DNA of 32,000 nt from Methanothermobacter thermautotrophicus str. Delta H (GTDB taxonomy: Archaea; Methanobacteriota; Methanobacteria; Methanobacteriales; Methanothermobacteraceae), in NCBI RefSeq assembly GCF_000008645.1, contig NC_000916.1, positions 30,001 through 62,000 on the forward strand. The letters are read 5' to 3'. Position 1 is the stretch's first letter. Every line of letters begins with the position of its first letter. The notes under the pieces are model-generated. The model saw nothing but the letters and a program-made list of their open reading frames with translations. It was not told where the DNA came from and searched no databases. The position numbers and the translations under genes are program-made. Below are positions 30,246-32,000 of this stretch, in pieces.

Positions 30246-30524
30246 TTATTCCAAGGTTTGGAGTAGTGTGGCGAGTGCTGCCGGTCCGCAGGTGTAGTTC
30301 CTGGTCTGCAGGACCACGCCGGTGTTATCTGCTGTGATGTTATCGTCTATAGTGAACTCTGCTGGATCCGTGAAGTTCTCTTCCAAGTTATCTGCTGTGG
30401 ATAAGTCCATGGGATTCGTGGAGTTACTGCTGTTATCCCGTGGGGTTTGTGCGGCCGCAGCAGCGTTAAAAGATACTGCGAGTGTTAAGAGGATCAGCAA
30501 ACCCAAAAGACACGACTTTCTCAT
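30246..30524 (-). CDS. C39-type cysteine peptidase, N-terminal fragment (signal peptide + Gln/Cys half)
   Basis: MRKSCLLGLLILLTLAVSFNAAAAA is a signal peptide. VLQTRNYTCGPAALATLLQTL is the Q..CG.A.L catalytic-Cys motif. It stops at ..QTLE*, where one more G would give ..QTLGINTTEDEL. Confidence 0.75.
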   Translation of the reverse strand: MRKSCLLGLLILLTLAVSFNAAAAAQTPRDNSSNSTNPMDLSTADNLEENFTDPAEFTIDDNITADNTGVVLQTRNYTCGPAALATLLQTLE

Positions 30525-31442
30525 CCACTATTCACCACATATCAGGTTGATAATAAATCTATAAGAAAAACTCATATATATATTACGGTGCTATGTTAAT
30601 GTATTAATCACATAAAAGGAGGCCTTTAAACATCACTCAGCTCGCCTCCGAGGTAATAGTAGCAAATAAGGAAAGATGGAGGGGGAAACAGGAGATTTCA
30701 ATGAATTATTGGATGCTTAACACTATTAAAGAATCCATTTGCATGATGCTGTATTTAAGTTGGTATGACCTCCAAAATCAGATATGCCCATTACAAGTGT
30801 GGTGACGATTGGCTGCTTTAGCGTTCTTCACGATATTGATGGAGGTTGCCATGAAAAATGGATATGATAGTCAGTACACACACCGAAATGTCGAGTAACC
30901 AGGATCTCACCTCCAGGACACCATCCAGTATTGTTCTCATCATTATGAAGATGACGGCTATAATGCCTGGGGATATTTCAAGTTTATGGGATGATTCATA
31001 GAATTACATATACTGCAGCAATTATGCAAGAGTAGCCATAAATATGGTGAATGATTGGGGCTTCTTATTTTTCATTGTCATCATCTTTAGTAGAGTTGAG
31101 GATTATTTTCCCCAGTATCCATCATATATCTCTGATACCTTTTTTATGAGGTAAGAACCTGTGAGCAGGCCTCCTGCAGTGTTTAAATGTCATTCCTGCC
31201 TTTAAGAGTGTTATACAAGGTTCCGATGCCACTGATAATCTCCATGCAACCCTCTCTGATTTTGCCACAGTCTGGTTTGGGATTTCTGTCTACTTTATAT
31301 GTGCTTCCATCCATGCACGTATATGGGGTATCCTTTCCCGTCCAATTTATATGTGACTTCATACTTGTAGAATGTTATTACTCTATTTCCATGTCGTTCG
31401 CTCTATTTTCTGATAAGGCGTTTTTTGATTATCTTGTAGCCT

Positions 31443-31754
31443 TTACCTCGATATCTTTTTGATACAGAAATAGTCAGACACATCACTTTCAGATAATATG
31501 TGCTCCTTCCATACCTCACACCCACTGCAGAGGCACTCTTCATGTGGATCTATATCCCTGCAAATGGCCCTTCCTGTGGAACAGTAGACCCCTGGAACCC
31601 TGTCTGTGTCCATGCGCATGGCGCTGTCAAGGTCCTGCTGGGTTATGAGTAGCATTATCTTCTTCTTATCCCTCACGCACCGACTTTCCCTCTGGACGGG
31701 ACACTCAAGACAGAGGCACCTTCTGATGTTCTCCATGCTGAAGTCAACCTGCAT
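31443..31754 (-). CDS. Cysteine-rich small protein (DUF2769-like, tentative)
   Basis: CLCLECPV and CLCSGCEVW motifs. The upstream in-frame sequence encodes another CSCGKCEVP but has no start codon before it. Confidence 0.4.
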   Translation of the reverse strand: MQVDFSMENIRRCLCLECPVQRESRCVRDKKKIMLLITQQDLDSAMRMDTDRVPGVYCSTGRAICRDIDPHEECLCSGCEVWKEHILSESDVSDYFCIKKISR

Positions 31755-32000
31755 GTCATCACCACAGTGGATATATGTACCTGCAGGTACTTCACATTTG
31801 CCACATGAACAGAAAAATTTTAATTAATAATCATTATAAATTGAAGTTTTTTTAGAAAATAGCTGCTATTTAAAGCTTTTGTCTTGTAACATTTAGAAAC
31901 TGATATTAATGTAGATGACCTATTTAATATTGGTGGAATCTGTGTACCCTTCTAAGGGCAGGGCAGTTCTACCGAAGGTGATCTAATGGCTGAGTTGTAC

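Noticed and set aside
10140-30560. Treating the island as a prophage, integrative element or transposon.
   Set aside because: I could find no integrase, transposase, capsid or terminase-like ORF, no tRNA target and no terminal repeats. The internal repeats are explained by cassette duplication.
30560-31180. Right-flank region scanned for tRNA or other RNA genes and for remnants of membrane ORFs (e.g. MMRTILDGVLEVRSWLLDISVCVLTIISIF..).
   Set aside because: No tRNA-like T-loop or acceptor pattern was found, and there are only <45-codon fragments. This is insufficient evidence.
31183-31462. Competing small ORFs: plus-strand 31187..31462 (91 aa, odd hydrophobic composition) versus minus-strand 31183..31362 (59 aa, MKSHINWTGKDTPYTCMDGSTYKVDRNPKPDCGKIREGCMEIISGIGTLYNTLKGRNDI).
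   Set aside because: Neither has a recognisable motif or a clear RBS. The minus-strand one looks more protein-like, but I cannot support either as a feature.
31986-32000. Possible start of a plus-strand gene at the window edge (GAAGGTGATCTA-ATG GCT GAG TTG TAC).
   Set aside because: There is a good RBS-ATG arrangement, but only five codons are visible, so product and reality cannot be assessed.

Overview
The window looks like a Methanothermobacter-type archaeal chromosome, judged from gene content (recollection, no search run). It has two compositionally different parts.

(1) 1 to ~9.8 kb is GC-rich. It holds the 3' part of an archaeal glutamyl-tRNA synthetase and LL-diaminopimelate aminotransferase (DapL). 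Next come a secreted Zn-phospholipase-C/P1-nuclease-fold protein and four colinear minus-strand ORFs that read as one frameshifted surface protein with two FmdE-like HxHxCxG motifs. A fimbria-type cluster follows: an Ig-like anchored protein split by a frameshift, a candidate Mth60-type fimbrin, and a second secreted beta-rich protein. A radical-SAM protein and a CMD/AhpD-family protein close this part.

(2) ~10.1 to 30.6 kb is an AT-richer accessory island with every credible gene on the minus strand. It consists of two tandem ~8.5-kb units. Each is headed by an ~840-aa secreted protein (signal peptide, pseudomurein-binding-like repeats, PKD domain, unassigned central domain). The two proteins are identical to residue ~640 and then diverge. 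Behind each head gene lie 5'-truncated orphan copies of only the C-terminal part. Most of these are followed directly by a small 2-4 TM ORF. There is also a second, unrelated C-terminal module coupled to TPR proteins.

A third locus (27.2-30.5 kb) has a Sec-signal C39-type cysteine peptidase fused to a double-glycine-leader-like motif and a C-terminal cargo. Two more leader+cargo cassettes follow, each with a multi-TM ORF.

I read the island as a polymorphic toxin/immunity-like (or archaeocin-like) system with silent cassette arrays. No recognisable toxin, Rhs/YD, HINT, transporter or mobility gene is present. Function is inference; the architecture is seen directly. Many 1-nt homopolymer frameshifts occur across the window. 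No rRNA, tRNA, CRISPR array or transposase was found.
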